Source of the DNA: a virus
Taxonomy: Duplodnaviria > Caudoviricetes
Reading direction: 5' to 3' (one strand)
DNA: 41,741 nt
IMG/VR virus record: IMGVR_UViG_3300044836_000052
Span: 1 to 41,741 of that record
Shown here: positions 25,453 to 34,316 of the stretch, one piece after another
Layout: each line of letters starts with the position of its first letter
Position numbering within the stretch: position 1 is the first letter of the stretch
The notes under the pieces: model-generated
What the model saw: only the letters and a program-made list of their open reading frames with translations
Told to the model about the DNA's origin: nothing
Database searches by the model: none
Program-made: the position numbers and the translations under genes

Positions 25453-25863
25453 TCACAGCATCGGCACCAGGACGCCGTCGAAGGAGAAGTAGCTTCCGAG
25501 CGCCGGGGTCACACCGGCGCGCACGAGACCAGTCGCCAGGACGTAGACGACATCGGGGGAACCGGAGTTGGCTGCCGCCGAGATGTGGTTGTAGGGCGGC
25601 CGCGACCCCACGGGGAGCGTGAACACCGATGTCGTCGCCCCGCTGGATGTGGTCGCCAGCCCTCGGAACGACAAGTAGTCGCCGACTCGTCGGTAGGACA
25701 CGGGCGCGTAGCCGGCGCCGGTGTTCGACCAGCCCGCAGCGAACACGACGTCGGTCCACGCGGCGTCGCCTTTGAGGTACTCGAGGTCGCCCTTGAGGGC
25801 GTCGTAGGTGGGCTTGGCGAACGGGTCACCCACAGCGAGGGCGGGGATGGCTGTCCACAGCAC
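25453..25863 (-). CDS. Minor tail protein
   Basis: WT..F..GW......YRR.GD...RG......FTLP.G.RP fibre-like domain. Confidence 0.75.
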   Translation of the reverse strand: MLWTAIPALAVGDPFAKPTYDALKGDLEYLKGDAAWTDVVFAAGWSNTGAGYAPVSYRRVGDYLSFRGLATTSSGATTSVFTLPVGSRPPYNHISAAANSGSPDVVYVLATGLVRAGVTPALGSYFSFDGVLVPML

Positions 25864-25892
25864 GGCGTGGAGCGTGCGTGTCGGCTAGACGG
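25864..25892 (-). promoter_or_regulatory. Putative late promoter CCGTCTAGCC-N6-CACGCT-N7-GTG
   Basis: Conserved element at fixed spacing from the start codon, no RBS. Confidence 0.7.
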
Positions 25893-25898
25893 GCGAGG

Positions 25899-27848
25899 TC
25901 ACCAGAACAGGACCCCGCCGAGGGTGTCGCCGATGCGCATCCACTTGGCAGTGTCGGCCTTCGAGGCGACGAACTTCGCGGTGACGCTGCGCTTGGAGAT
26001 CGTGAGCGTGCGACCTTCGATGCGCAGCTGGTCGTCGTAGGCGGCGCCTCCTCCGGGCGGGTGGCGGATCACCCGCACAAGGTCGCCGATCTGCCGGCCG
26101 AGGATCTCGGGCCACAACGCGTCGGTGGCCCGCCCGTCGAGGGAGAGCTCGCGGATCCGGAACAGCGGGTTGGCGCGCTGGCGGAGGATCGCGCGGGCCT
26201 TGTTGTTGGCCTCCTGGTCCGTGGGGTTCAACTGGTCGGACTGGTTGAGCGTCTTCACCATCTTGAGCGCGGTCTGGCTGGCAGCATCGTCGACGATCTG
26301 AGCGACGGGCGTGTCGTTCGCGTCGACGGGTCGGCGGGTGATGCTGACCCGGTTGAAGACCTCGGCGGCCGACTCCGAGCCCCGCAGGCCGCCTGTGACG
26401 TACGGGAGCGCCGCCGGGGTGGTCGCGGGCAGCGCGCCGGTCACGTGGTCCGTGCTGTCGCTGTAGACGGCCTGGACCGTGTCGTAGGGGCTGCGGAGCG
26501 GCCGGTGGCGCTCGTGAAACACGAGCGACCCGTCGCGGCCGGTGAAGAGCCTGCCGCCCTCGGCCTCGACGACGCTCTGAAAGTGCTGGAGCGTGTCGAT
26601 GGGCCCGTTGGCGAAGGCGTCGGAGGCGAGCCCGGGCAGGACGGTCAGACCGGTGTCGATAGAGCGGAGCGCGGCGGGCCATCCGATGATGTCGAGGAGC
26701 CGGCTGACGCGCTGTCCGGTGGTGTCGCCGGCCCATGGGGCGGTGCCGAGCTTGTAGTGGTTCAGGATTTGCGCGGCGCTGAGAGCGACGGGGTAGATGG
26801 CGAGCTCGTCGATGAAGGTGTTGATCGTCCCGCTGAAGGTGATCCGGTTGGTGCCGATCATCATTTGCATGCTGGAGTTGAGGATCGCGGCGCTCGTCGT
26901 CGAGCCGACGAGCACGCCGTCGACGTAGAACCGGAAGGTGCCGGTGGCACCGGTGCTGCGGGTGACGACAAGGTGGTGCGCTGCGCCGTCGTTGATGGAT
27001 CGGGGTCCGGCGACGTAGGTGTCGCCGGCACCGGTGGCGATGTCGAGAGCGGGCACGCCGACGCCGGCGGCGCCGCTGGTGTAGAGCGATCCGACGACGA
27101 TGCCGATCCCGGAGGTGGCGCCGTCGCTGAGCACGACGAGCTGCTGGTCGTTGCCTTGGAGCTCGAACCAGCCCTCGATCGTGAACGCGCCGGGCGGGTA
27201 CCAGCTGGCCATCGACGCGCTGGCCATCCATCCCTGCCCGGGGATGTACCAGGAGTGGCCGATGTCGGCCGTCACGAGCGATGGCGTCCCGGGGATGATG
27301 GGGGTCGGGTTCAGAATGACGGCGCCGTGGCTGTCGGGCAGGTTGCGGACCGCGAGGTTCTTGCCGTGGAGCGAGTCGACGATGGTGGCCGTGCTGGCTG
27401 CGTCGTCGAAGTGGTACAGGGCGTAGGCGCCGTCGGTGATGGCCGCGCCGCGGAAGCCGGTGTCGAAGACGCTGCCGAGGAACGCGAACGAATCGGTGCA
27501 GGTGATCGTGGCGAAGTCGCTGGCCATCTGCATCCAGGTGGGTGCGAGCTCGTCGACGTAGCCGTACCACTGGGGGTACGCGGTCGAGGCCCACGTGGCG
27601 ATGATGCGGACCGGGGTGCCGATGGTGACGCCGAGCGCGCCCGCGTAGGTGGGGTCGAGCGCGCGGGTGCTGTTGTCGACCTCGACGTTGAGGCGGCCGC
27701 CGCTGAACGTGTCGGTCTCGCTCTGGCGGCTCGGGTCGGTGGCGGTGCAGGTGTGTATCGCGCCGAGCGACGTCCAGGCGCCGACCGGGACGGTCGACAG
27801 GGGCCCGTAACCGATCGCGGCCTCGAGCGTGAAGGTCGGGAGGCCCAT
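25899..27848 (-). CDS. Minor tail/baseplate hub protein with LamG (concanavalin-like) domain
   Basis: FTIEGWF...INDGAAHHLVVTR...FYVDG...IDELAIYP.ALSAAQI..HY. Follows the tape measure. Confidence 0.85.
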   Translation of the reverse strand: MGLPTFTLEAAIGYGPLSTVPVGAWTSLGAIHTCTATDPSRQSETDTFSGGRLNVEVDNSTRALDPTYAGALGVTIGTPVRIIATWASTAYPQWYGYVDELAPTWMQMASDFATITCTDSFAFLGSVFDTGFRGAAITDGAYALYHFDDAASTATIVDSLHGKNLAVRNLPDSHGAVILNPTPIIPGTPSLVTADIGHSWYIPGQGWMASASMASWYPPGAFTIEGWFELQGNDQQLVVLSDGATSGIGIVVGSLYTSGAAGVGVPALDIATGAGDTYVAGPRSINDGAAHHLVVTRSTGATGTFRFYVDGVLVGSTTSAAILNSSMQMMIGTNRITFSGTINTFIDELAIYPVALSAAQILNHYKLGTAPWAGDTTGQRVSRLLDIIGWPAALRSIDTGLTVLPGLASDAFANGPIDTLQHFQSVVEAEGGRLFTGRDGSLVFHERHRPLRSPYDTVQAVYSDSTDHVTGALPATTPAALPYVTGGLRGSESAAEVFNRVSITRRPVDANDTPVAQIVDDAASQTALKMVKTLNQSDQLNPTDQEANNKARAILRQRANPLFRIRELSLDGRATDALWPEILGRQIGDLVRVIRHPPGGGAAYDDQLRIEGRTLTISKRSVTAKFVASKADTAKWMRIGDTLGGVLFW

Positions 27849-30367
27849 CAGCCGCTGAGGCGGGTGTTGGTCAGGCGCAGGTCGCCGGTGCGGCGCAGCT
27901 TGCGCTGGAGGCCCTCGTGGACCTGGTCGACGAGCGAGTCGGCGGTGCCGACGTGACCGGCGTCGATCTGGATGGCGCCGTCGTGGAAGTGCAGGTGGAG
28001 CTCCTGCGAGCCGGCGCCGGCGGCAGCGCGCGCGCCGGGCCCTGCGACGATGCCGCCGGTCGCGCCTGCGTAGAGCGCGCTGGCGGGGCGGACCTGGAGC
28101 GCGGCGGAGACGCCGGCGCTGGCATTGCTGGCGGCGACGAAGGCGATGCCGCTGCGCGCCGTGATGCCCTGGGCGAGGCCCTCCATGAGGTAGGCGCCGT
28201 TGCGGGCCATCGCCTTCGACGGCGAGAGGATCTCCCACGGGTGGGTCATGTAGTGCATGACGTCGCCGGCGATCGACTTGAGGTGGTCCCAGAGCTCGCC
28301 GCTGAACGACGCGATGCCGTTCCAGAGGCCGATCAGGAGGTTGCGGCCGGCGGTGTAGAGCCACTCGCCGGCGCCCGATGCCCAGTCCCAGAGCCGCGAC
28401 GGAAAGCCGGTGATCTGGTCCCAGACGAACGACCAGGCGGTCGAGATGCCGTCGGCGAAGCCGTGAATCATGTTGCCGCCGAAGTCGCGCAGCTTCTCGA
28501 CGCCGCGCATGAAGCGTTCCTTGAGGACGTCCCACTTGTCGTAGATCTCGTAGATCGCCAGCGCGACGAGGCCGATGGCGGCGCCGACCGCGATGACCGG
28601 CAGGATGGCGCCGCCCAGCACGGCGAGCCCGCCGGTCCCGGCCGCCATGGCGAGGATCCCGACGACGGAGATGACGCCGCCAGCGGCCGACAGCGCCGGA
28701 CCGAACCGGTCGCCGAACCGCATGGCGACGTCCATCACCTTCGCCCGGAGCGCCTCGAGCTTGCCGTGGGTGGTGTCGGCCTGCTCGTCGGCCTGGGCCG
28801 CGTAGCGCTGGCGGATGAAGGCGTTGAGCTGCTGGATGCCGTTGGACGTCGCCGCCGCCTTGGCCTCGGCGTCGGCTGCGGTCTGCGCAGCGGTCGACTG
28901 GTCGGCGGCGGCCTTCGACACGGCGTCGCGCAGGCGACGCTCCTCCTGCTGCTGGGACAGGGTCATCTCACCCGCGGTCGCGCCGTCGGCCTGCACCTTC
29001 GTCAGATCGGCGTGCGCCTTGGCCTGCGCCTCGAGGGCGTCGCGCAGCTGCGAGGTCTCGGAGGTCGTGATGGCGGTGGCGCTTTGCTGCTTCGTCTCGG
29101 CGTCGGCGGTGTTGCCCTTCGCCTTGGCGACGGCCTCCTCGGCGTGACGAAGCTCCTGGCGCTCCGACAGCGACATCCGGTTGGCGTCGGCCTGGCGGGC
29201 CTGCAGGTCGGCGTAGTTCTGCTCGGCGTCGTGGAGTCGCTGCACCCGGTCAGCGAGGCTGCCGGTGCCCGTGGCGAGCTCGGTCTGGGCCTTCGTGACG
29301 TCACCGCGGGCCTTCGCCAGGGCTTGCTGGTCAGCGATCGACGGCTTGGCCTTGTCGGCGATGCGCTCCTGGAGGTCAGCGAGCCGCTCGCTGGCCGACA
29401 TCTCCGCCTCCCGCGCCGCCCGAACGGCGTCAGCGGCCGCCGTTACGCGCTGCGCTACCGCCTCGGCGTTGCGGATCTGCACGTCCGACACGCGCTCGTC
29501 GCTGGACTGCACGGCGTCGTTCGCGGTCTGCAGCTTCTGTGCCCATGCCTCGCGGGCCGCGGCCATGCTCTCGGCGGCTCGCGCCTCGAAGTCCGACAGG
29601 GACTGCGTAGTCGTGGCCAGCTTCTCGTTCGCGGTCGCGAGCTTGGTCGCGGCCGTCTCGGCCTCGGTGGCCGCCTTCTTGCTGTCCTCGAGGGCAAAGC
29701 CGAGCGACTTGAACGACTTGAAGTTGCCGGCAAACGCCTTGTCGATCATGTCGGCCGCCTCGGCGAGGCCGATGCCCTTCCGGGCGGCGATGTCGAGCGC
29801 GACGTCCATCTCGCCGAGCGCGGTCGTCGGGTCGCCCGACGCTGCGGTCATCCGAGCGAGCGCCTCGTTGGTCTGGTCGCTCGTGAAGCCGTAGTGCTCC
29901 ATCTTCTTGTCGACGGCATCGACCTGGTCGGCGTAGTCGACGAGCGAGGCGTCAGCGCCGGCGAAGGCGCCCTTGAGGTCGGCCTCGGCGCGCGCCAGCG
30001 GCGCGGCCAGGTGGGTGAGCTCGATGCCGATCGCGGCGACGCCGGCGCCGACAGCGGTGGCGATGCCGCCGACCTGGGAGAGCTTCATGCCCTCGCCAGT
30101 GGCGCCCCGGAACGACGACTGCAGGATGTCGATGGAGCCCGACAGGCCCGACACGATGCCCTGCAGGGGGCCGAGGCCGAGCCCGGAGCCGGCGGTCGAG
30201 GCGATCGACGACAGGGCGGTAGAGCCGCGCCCGCCGAGCGTGGTGAGGCCGGTGCCGACGCGGTTGGCGGCCGCCTCGAGTCCCGACATCGACTGGTTCG
30301 CAGCGGCGGCGCCCCGGTTGACACCGGAGCCGTCCATGGTGACGGTGTAGGAGACGCTCTTGGGCAT
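27848..30367 (-). CDS. Tape measure protein
   Basis: 839 aa, Ala/Gly-rich, long coiled coil, hydrophobic segment, SPSK.M...G..LMEGL..GI motif near the C-terminus. Confidence 0.9.
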   Translation of the reverse strand: MPKSVSYTVTMDGSGVNRGAAAANQSMSGLEAAANRVGTGLTTLGGRGSTALSSIASTAGSGLGLGPLQGIVSGLSGSIDILQSSFRGATGEGMKLSQVGGIATAVGAGVAAIGIELTHLAAPLARAEADLKGAFAGADASLVDYADQVDAVDKKMEHYGFTSDQTNEALARMTAASGDPTTALGEMDVALDIAARKGIGLAEAADMIDKAFAGNFKSFKSLGFALEDSKKAATEAETAATKLATANEKLATTTQSLSDFEARAAESMAAAREAWAQKLQTANDAVQSSDERVSDVQIRNAEAVAQRVTAAADAVRAAREAEMSASERLADLQERIADKAKPSIADQQALAKARGDVTKAQTELATGTGSLADRVQRLHDAEQNYADLQARQADANRMSLSERQELRHAEEAVAKAKGNTADAETKQQSATAITTSETSQLRDALEAQAKAHADLTKVQADGATAGEMTLSQQQEERRLRDAVSKAAADQSTAAQTAADAEAKAAATSNGIQQLNAFIRQRYAAQADEQADTTHGKLEALRAKVMDVAMRFGDRFGPALSAAGGVISVVGILAMAAGTGGLAVLGGAILPVIAVGAAIGLVALAIYEIYDKWDVLKERFMRGVEKLRDFGGNMIHGFADGISTAWSFVWDQITGFPSRLWDWASGAGEWLYTAGRNLLIGLWNGIASFSGELWDHLKSIAGDVMHYMTHPWEILSPSKAMARNGAYLMEGLAQGITARSGIAFVAASNASAGVSAALQVRPASALYAGATGGIVAGPGARAAAGAGSQELHLHFHDGAIQIDAGHVGTADSLVDQVHEGLQRKLRRTGDLRLTNTRLSG

Positions 30368-30807
30368 CAGTGGACCTCGAAGCCGAGGTTGCGGAACACC
30401 TGGTCCATGGCGGCCTCGACGGCGGGGGTGATCTCGCCCTCGAGCTCCCCGGCCGCCTTGTAGAGGATCCGCGCCGGCGGCGAGTGCATCGTGACGGTGT
30501 GGCTGTCGCCGCCCTTGCTGCGCCGCTGGTAGTGGCGACCGAACTCCTGGGCGCCGGCGCCCGGCGCGCTCGACCGCACGCCGATCTTCCGCTTCGTCTT
30601 GAACACCTTGAGGCCGGCGTCGATCTTGCCCGTCGACCTCGACCTGCTGCGCGACTGCAGCGACCGGCTGTGCAGCGCGGCCCGGTTGCGGATCTTCTGC
30701 GCAACCGGGGTGACGGCGTCGACGAGGGCCTGCTCGACGCGGTCGGGCTGCTCGAGCGTGTTGAAGGCGCGGCGGAGGTCATCGAGCCCTTCGATGCGCA
30801 CGGTCAC
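30367..30807 (-). CDS. HK97 gp10-like tail component
   Basis: VRIEGLDDLRRAF...AQEFG...PARILYKA. Confidence 0.75.
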   Translation of the reverse strand: MTVRIEGLDDLRRAFNTLEQPDRVEQALVDAVTPVAQKIRNRAALHSRSLQSRSRSRSTGKIDAGLKVFKTKRKIGVRSSAPGAGAQEFGRHYQRRSKGGDSHTVTMHSPPARILYKAAGELEGEITPAVEAAMDQVFRNLGFEVH

Positions 30808-31061
30808 GACTGCGCCGCCTCGTTCGCCTTGACGAGCGCGATCATCTCGGCGTCGGACAGTCGGCGGCTCATCGGGCCGGCGAGGCTCGAGCCCCCGGAG
30901 CGCGCCTCGGCCGCTGCGCTGAGGTCCTCGAGGTAGTGCTCGAGCTCGTCGGTGATCTCGGGCGGGAGCTCGGGGTCGAGGAGGTCCTGGGGCCGGATGC
31001 CACGCTCCACCCAGAGCATGGCGATCAGCCGCGCAGTGGGGAGACCAGATCGGATGGGGGG
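30804..31061 (-). CDS. Tail assembly chaperone, -1 frameshift extension (gpGT-like)
   Basis: ORF in the -1 frame overlapping the chaperone end. Heptamer C CCC CCA at 31061-31055. Confidence 0.65.
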   Translation of the reverse strand, partial: PPIRSGLPTARLIAMLWVERGIRPQDLLDPELPPEITDELEHYLEDLSAAAEARSGGSSLAGPMSRRLSDAEMIALVKANEAAQS

Positions 31062-31477
31062 CGGGGGACGTCGACCTCCGCGCCGGCCGGCTCTTCGCCG
31101 GCTGCGCCCTCCTCGTCGTCGACGCCGACGACGGTGACCTCGATCGAGTCGAGCTGCTCGCTCCACAGCTCGTACTTCGCCTGGACCTTCCCCTGCCGGC
31201 GGAGGCTGGCGTAGAAGAAGAACGCGTCCTCGAGGCTCGGGACCGGGTTGTTCGGGTCCATGACGATCCGGGGCCGCCCGTCGGGGCCGAGCACGACGTC
31301 GCCCTTGTCGTCGGTGAGCGGGATGAAGTGCGACGCGATGCTGTCGTACGCCTTGTGGAACTGCCGCTCAAACGCGAACCGGTCCGCAAGCGGCGGCGGC
31401 ATCCGGTGCTCGCCGGCGACGACGGTGCCGTCGAGCATCGTCGCCTCGATGTGCATCTCCACGAAGTCAGCGGGCAC
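31025..31477 (-). CDS. Tail assembly chaperone (gpG-like)
   Basis: Follows the tail tube gene. AD..AFERQF motif, acidic tail ending in Pro at the slippery site. Confidence 0.75.
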   Translation of the reverse strand: MPADFVEMHIEATMLDGTVVAGEHRMPPPLADRFAFERQFHKAYDSIASHFIPLTDDKGDVVLGPDGRPRIVMDPNNPVPSLEDAFFFYASLRRQGKVQAKYELWSEQLDSIEVTVVGVDDEEGAAGEEPAGAEVDVPRPPSDLVSPLRG

Positions 31478-31479
31478 GG

Positions 31480-32454
31480 TCAGTACGCCGCGACGGCGTT
31501 GCGGAGCACGGCGGTCCACGCCGAGCCCGACACCGGGTTGCGGGCCTTGCCGGTGACGTCGAGCTCGGCGGGGCCGCCGGCGGGCGCGAGGTCCGGGAAC
31601 TTCGTCATCAGCTGGATCCGGGGGATCGTGATCTGCAGGTCGGTGTTGGCGTCGAGGATCCACTTCACGGTCTCGGTGCCGAAGTACGGCGTCGGCGAGA
31701 TGGTCGAGCCGCCGGCGGCGCCGTAGAGCACCTTCTGCCACGAGCCGAGGTCGTTCGGGATGATCTTGAGCGACGTCTCGCACGTCGCCAGCTGCGGGAA
31801 CAGCGCGGCCGGCGTGATCTGGAACGCGGACGGGACCGGCGTGATGCCGTTGACGAACTTGACGCTGCCCGACTGCACCGCGCCGGCCGAGGCGCCGTCG
31901 ATCTGGCCGAGGCCGCCGACGGCGGTGAAGTAGCCGCCGGCGAGGCGGCTGTCGAGCGTCGCGGTCGGCCAGACGCCCACCGGGGTCATCGAGCACGCGA
32001 ACGCCTTGACGCGCATGCGCAGCGCGCCGGCGCGGTCGAATGACAGCTCGAGCTCGCTGACCTTGGCGTCGTCGAGGCGCGTGTAGTTCGTGTCCTCGCG
32101 CCCCCAGAGCGTCAGGTAGTTCGTGTCGGCCGCCGGCGTGACGGTGTGGGTGTACGGCGCGGCGCCGCCGGTGACGACGTCGCTGCCGAGGCAGTTGACC
32201 AGGAAGAAGCCGAGCGCTTCCTTCGTCGCGACGGTGGTGAACTCGATCTGCGGGACCACCATGGTCCGCTCGCCGCCCTCGGCGATCCGGTTCGACCAGG
32301 TGAGGTCGAGGTCGGCCTCGGTGATCTCGACGTCGGTGACGTGCCCGGACGCGAGGCCGATCTGCTGTGCCGGCGTGGTCGCCGGCGTGCCCTGGGCGGT
32401 CTGCTTCGCGAAGCCGAGCTGTGCGATCCGCTTCTGGATCGGCGTGGTGGGCAT
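31480..32454 (-). CDS. Major tail tube protein
   Basis: QLGFAKQTAQGTPATTP...YTHTVTP...DAKVSELELSF. Position in the tail module. Confidence 0.85.
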   Translation of the reverse strand: MPTTPIQKRIAQLGFAKQTAQGTPATTPAQQIGLASGHVTDVEITEADLDLTWSNRIAEGGERTMVVPQIEFTTVATKEALGFFLVNCLGSDVVTGGAAPYTHTVTPAADTNYLTLWGREDTNYTRLDDAKVSELELSFDRAGALRMRVKAFACSMTPVGVWPTATLDSRLAGGYFTAVGGLGQIDGASAGAVQSGSVKFVNGITPVPSAFQITPAALFPQLATCETSLKIIPNDLGSWQKVLYGAAGGSTISPTPYFGTETVKWILDANTDLQITIPRIQLMTKFPDLAPAGGPAELDVTGKARNPVSGSAWTAVLRNAVAAY

Positions 32455-32846
32455 CAGCCCTCACCCCCCGGGTTGATGATGTCGGCGAGCGCGGCGATCA
32501 GCTTCGGCCGGGGCCGGGTCCGCTGCTCCTCGGCGGCGAGCGCCTCGGCTGCCGCGGCGGTGTCGCCGTCGACGTGGCCGAGGACCTCGGCGATGGTGGC
32601 CTTCGTCGAGTCCCACGCTGCGGGGTCGACGTCGGGGTCCGGTTCCGGGTCGGCCTCGAGGAGCTCGAAGATCGGCGGGTTCTCGTCGTCGCCGGGCAGC
32701 ACGGCGGCCAGGTGCGCGAGCGCCGCGCCGAGCGCGGAGCCAGGTGCGCACTCGATGTCGCCGGCCTCCAGGTCCGCGACCACGTTGCCGTGCTCGTTGA
32801 CGAAGGTGTCGATGTGCGCCGCTTCGTTCACGCGCCACGTGCTCAT
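32454..32846 (-). CDS. Small acidic virion-module protein with C-terminal helical domain
   Basis: Ends TIAEVLGHVDGD...ALAAEEQRTRPRPKLIAAL. Preceded by the late-promoter repeat. Confidence 0.7.
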   Translation of the reverse strand: MSTWRVNEAAHIDTFVNEHGNVVADLEAGDIECAPGSALGAALAHLAAVLPGDDENPPIFELLEADPEPDPDVDPAAWDSTKATIAEVLGHVDGDTAAAAEALAAEEQRTRPRPKLIAALADIINPGGEG

Positions 32847-32876
32847 GGGGCCGGACGGTGGACGACGGCTAGACGG
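32844..32876 (-). promoter_or_regulatory. Putative late promoter; 33-bp exact duplicate of 35781-35813
   Basis: CCGTCTAGCCGTCGTCCACCGTCCGGCCCCATG on the minus strand at both sites. Confidence 0.8.
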
Positions 32877-32889
32877 ACCGGGCGCCGGT

Positions 32890-33816
32890 TCAGATGACGC
32901 GCTCGGACCGGTACCGCGTGAGGATGGCGTCGACCTCGGGCAGCCCGGTCGGCTGATCGGAGCCGGGCCGGGCGAAGACGATGGTGGCGTTGTCGGCGGT
33001 GAAGCTCGCCGTGCGCTCCGGGAGCAGCGACGGGTTGTTGCGCCCAGGGCGAGGCAGCCGGCGCGCCAGGTAGCGGGCCATGATGAGCCCGACGTCGACG
33101 AGGTCCGGCTCGGGGAAGGCGAACCCGTGGGCGAGCCACGTCTTGTAGCGGCCGGAGACCCAGCCGCGCCCGTCGGTCCACTGCAGGGCGCCGTCCTCGA
33201 CGCCGAGCAGCTGCAGGTCGCCGGTGAGGTACTGGCCGGCGTTGGTGGCGAGCTCGTACAGCTCGAGCGGCTCGGCGATGCCGGGGATGCGGAGGCGGCC
33301 GCCGGAGAAACCGGAGCCGTACGGCTGCCCGGTGACGGTCGGCGGGCCATCGAAGCCGCCTCCGGCGCCGTAGGAGCTCGTGTGCCACCAGATCGTGCGG
33401 GCACCCTCGGGGATGACGGGCGTGCCGATGATGTCGCGGAACCCGACTTCGACCGATGCGAGGACGCCGTCGAGCCGTGACGGGCTGAGCTTCGCGAGCG
33501 TGCCCTCGTCGAGCACGAGCTCGTCGGGGAGGAGGCGGGCGCCGACGACGTCGACGACGCCGCGCTCGGTGCGCACGTCACCCTCGACGGTCGCGGTGAG
33601 GAGAGCGATGAGCCGGTCGCACCGCGTCTGCGCGGGCAGCTTGTAGGTGACCGTCCCGTTGCCCTCGTTGACGGCGTCGCCTGACGACACCTCGACGCCG
33701 GCGCCGTCGACGACGACGACGGTGAGCGGCTGGCCGTCGTCAGGGGCGACGCGCGCTCGTGCCTGGTTCGTCATGACCCACGACAGCGTGGCCGGCCGGC
33801 CGGTGACGACCCGCAT
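32890..33816 (-). CDS. Head-to-tail adaptor
   Basis: Position after the capsid. ..HG....PD....., TGLPEVDAILTRY C-terminus typical of actinophage adaptors. Confidence 0.8.
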   Translation of the reverse strand: MRVVTGRPATLSWVMTNQARARVAPDDGQPLTVVVVDGAGVEVSSGDAVNEGNGTVTYKLPAQTRCDRLIALLTATVEGDVRTERGVVDVVGARLLPDELVLDEGTLAKLSPSRLDGVLASVEVGFRDIIGTPVIPEGARTIWWHTSSYGAGGGFDGPPTVTGQPYGSGFSGGRLRIPGIAEPLELYELATNAGQYLTGDLQLLGVEDGALQWTDGRGWVSGRYKTWLAHGFAFPEPDLVDVGLIMARYLARRLPRPGRNNPSLLPERTASFTADNATIVFARPGSDQPTGLPEVDAILTRYRSERVI

Positions 33817-33831
33817 GCGGCGGGCCGCCGG

Positions 33832-34284
33832 CTACTTCGCCGGAGCGGGCTTGGCGCCGGTGCGGGGCTTCGGGCTGGCCTTCGCGGCCTTGTCGGCCTC
33901 GGCCTGCTCGTCACTCGTCGGCTCGTCCACGGCGCCGCGGACCTCGGCGTTCTGCGTCGGGGTGACGTCGCCAGCGGAGACGTCCGCCGCGACGACCTCG
34001 ACCTGGTCGACGCCCTGGCGCTGCGTCTCGTTGTGCGGCGGCACGAGGCCCTGGCGCACGGCCTCGTTCGTCGCGGCTGCGGCCTCGAGGTCGCCCTGGG
34101 GCGAATGCTGCGACGGCTCGTCGACGCGGCGGGGCAGCGCGACCACCCGGAGCTCGTTGAGCAGGTCGGCGGTGACCGTGACGCCCTTGGCCGCGACGAG
34201 GATGGTGCGCCCGTCGGGGAGGTCGGCGTAGAGGTCCTCCTCGGCCACGTACGGCTCGAAGGCGTTGGCGTTGGCGGTGGGCAT
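33832..34284 (-). CDS. Hypothetical head-module protein
   Basis: AAGGGG RBS. Short beta domain then a low-complexity tail. Alternative start at 34317. Confidence 0.65.
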   Translation of the reverse strand: MPTANANAFEPYVAEEDLYADLPDGRTILVAAKGVTVTADLLNELRVVALPRRVDEPSQHSPQGDLEAAAATNEAVRQGLVPPHNETQRQGVDQVEVVAADVSAGDVTPTQNAEVRGAVDEPTSDEQAEADKAAKASPKPRTGAKPAPAK

Positions 34285-34316
34285 GGCGGTGGTTCCCCTT
34301 CCGATTCGGACAGCCA

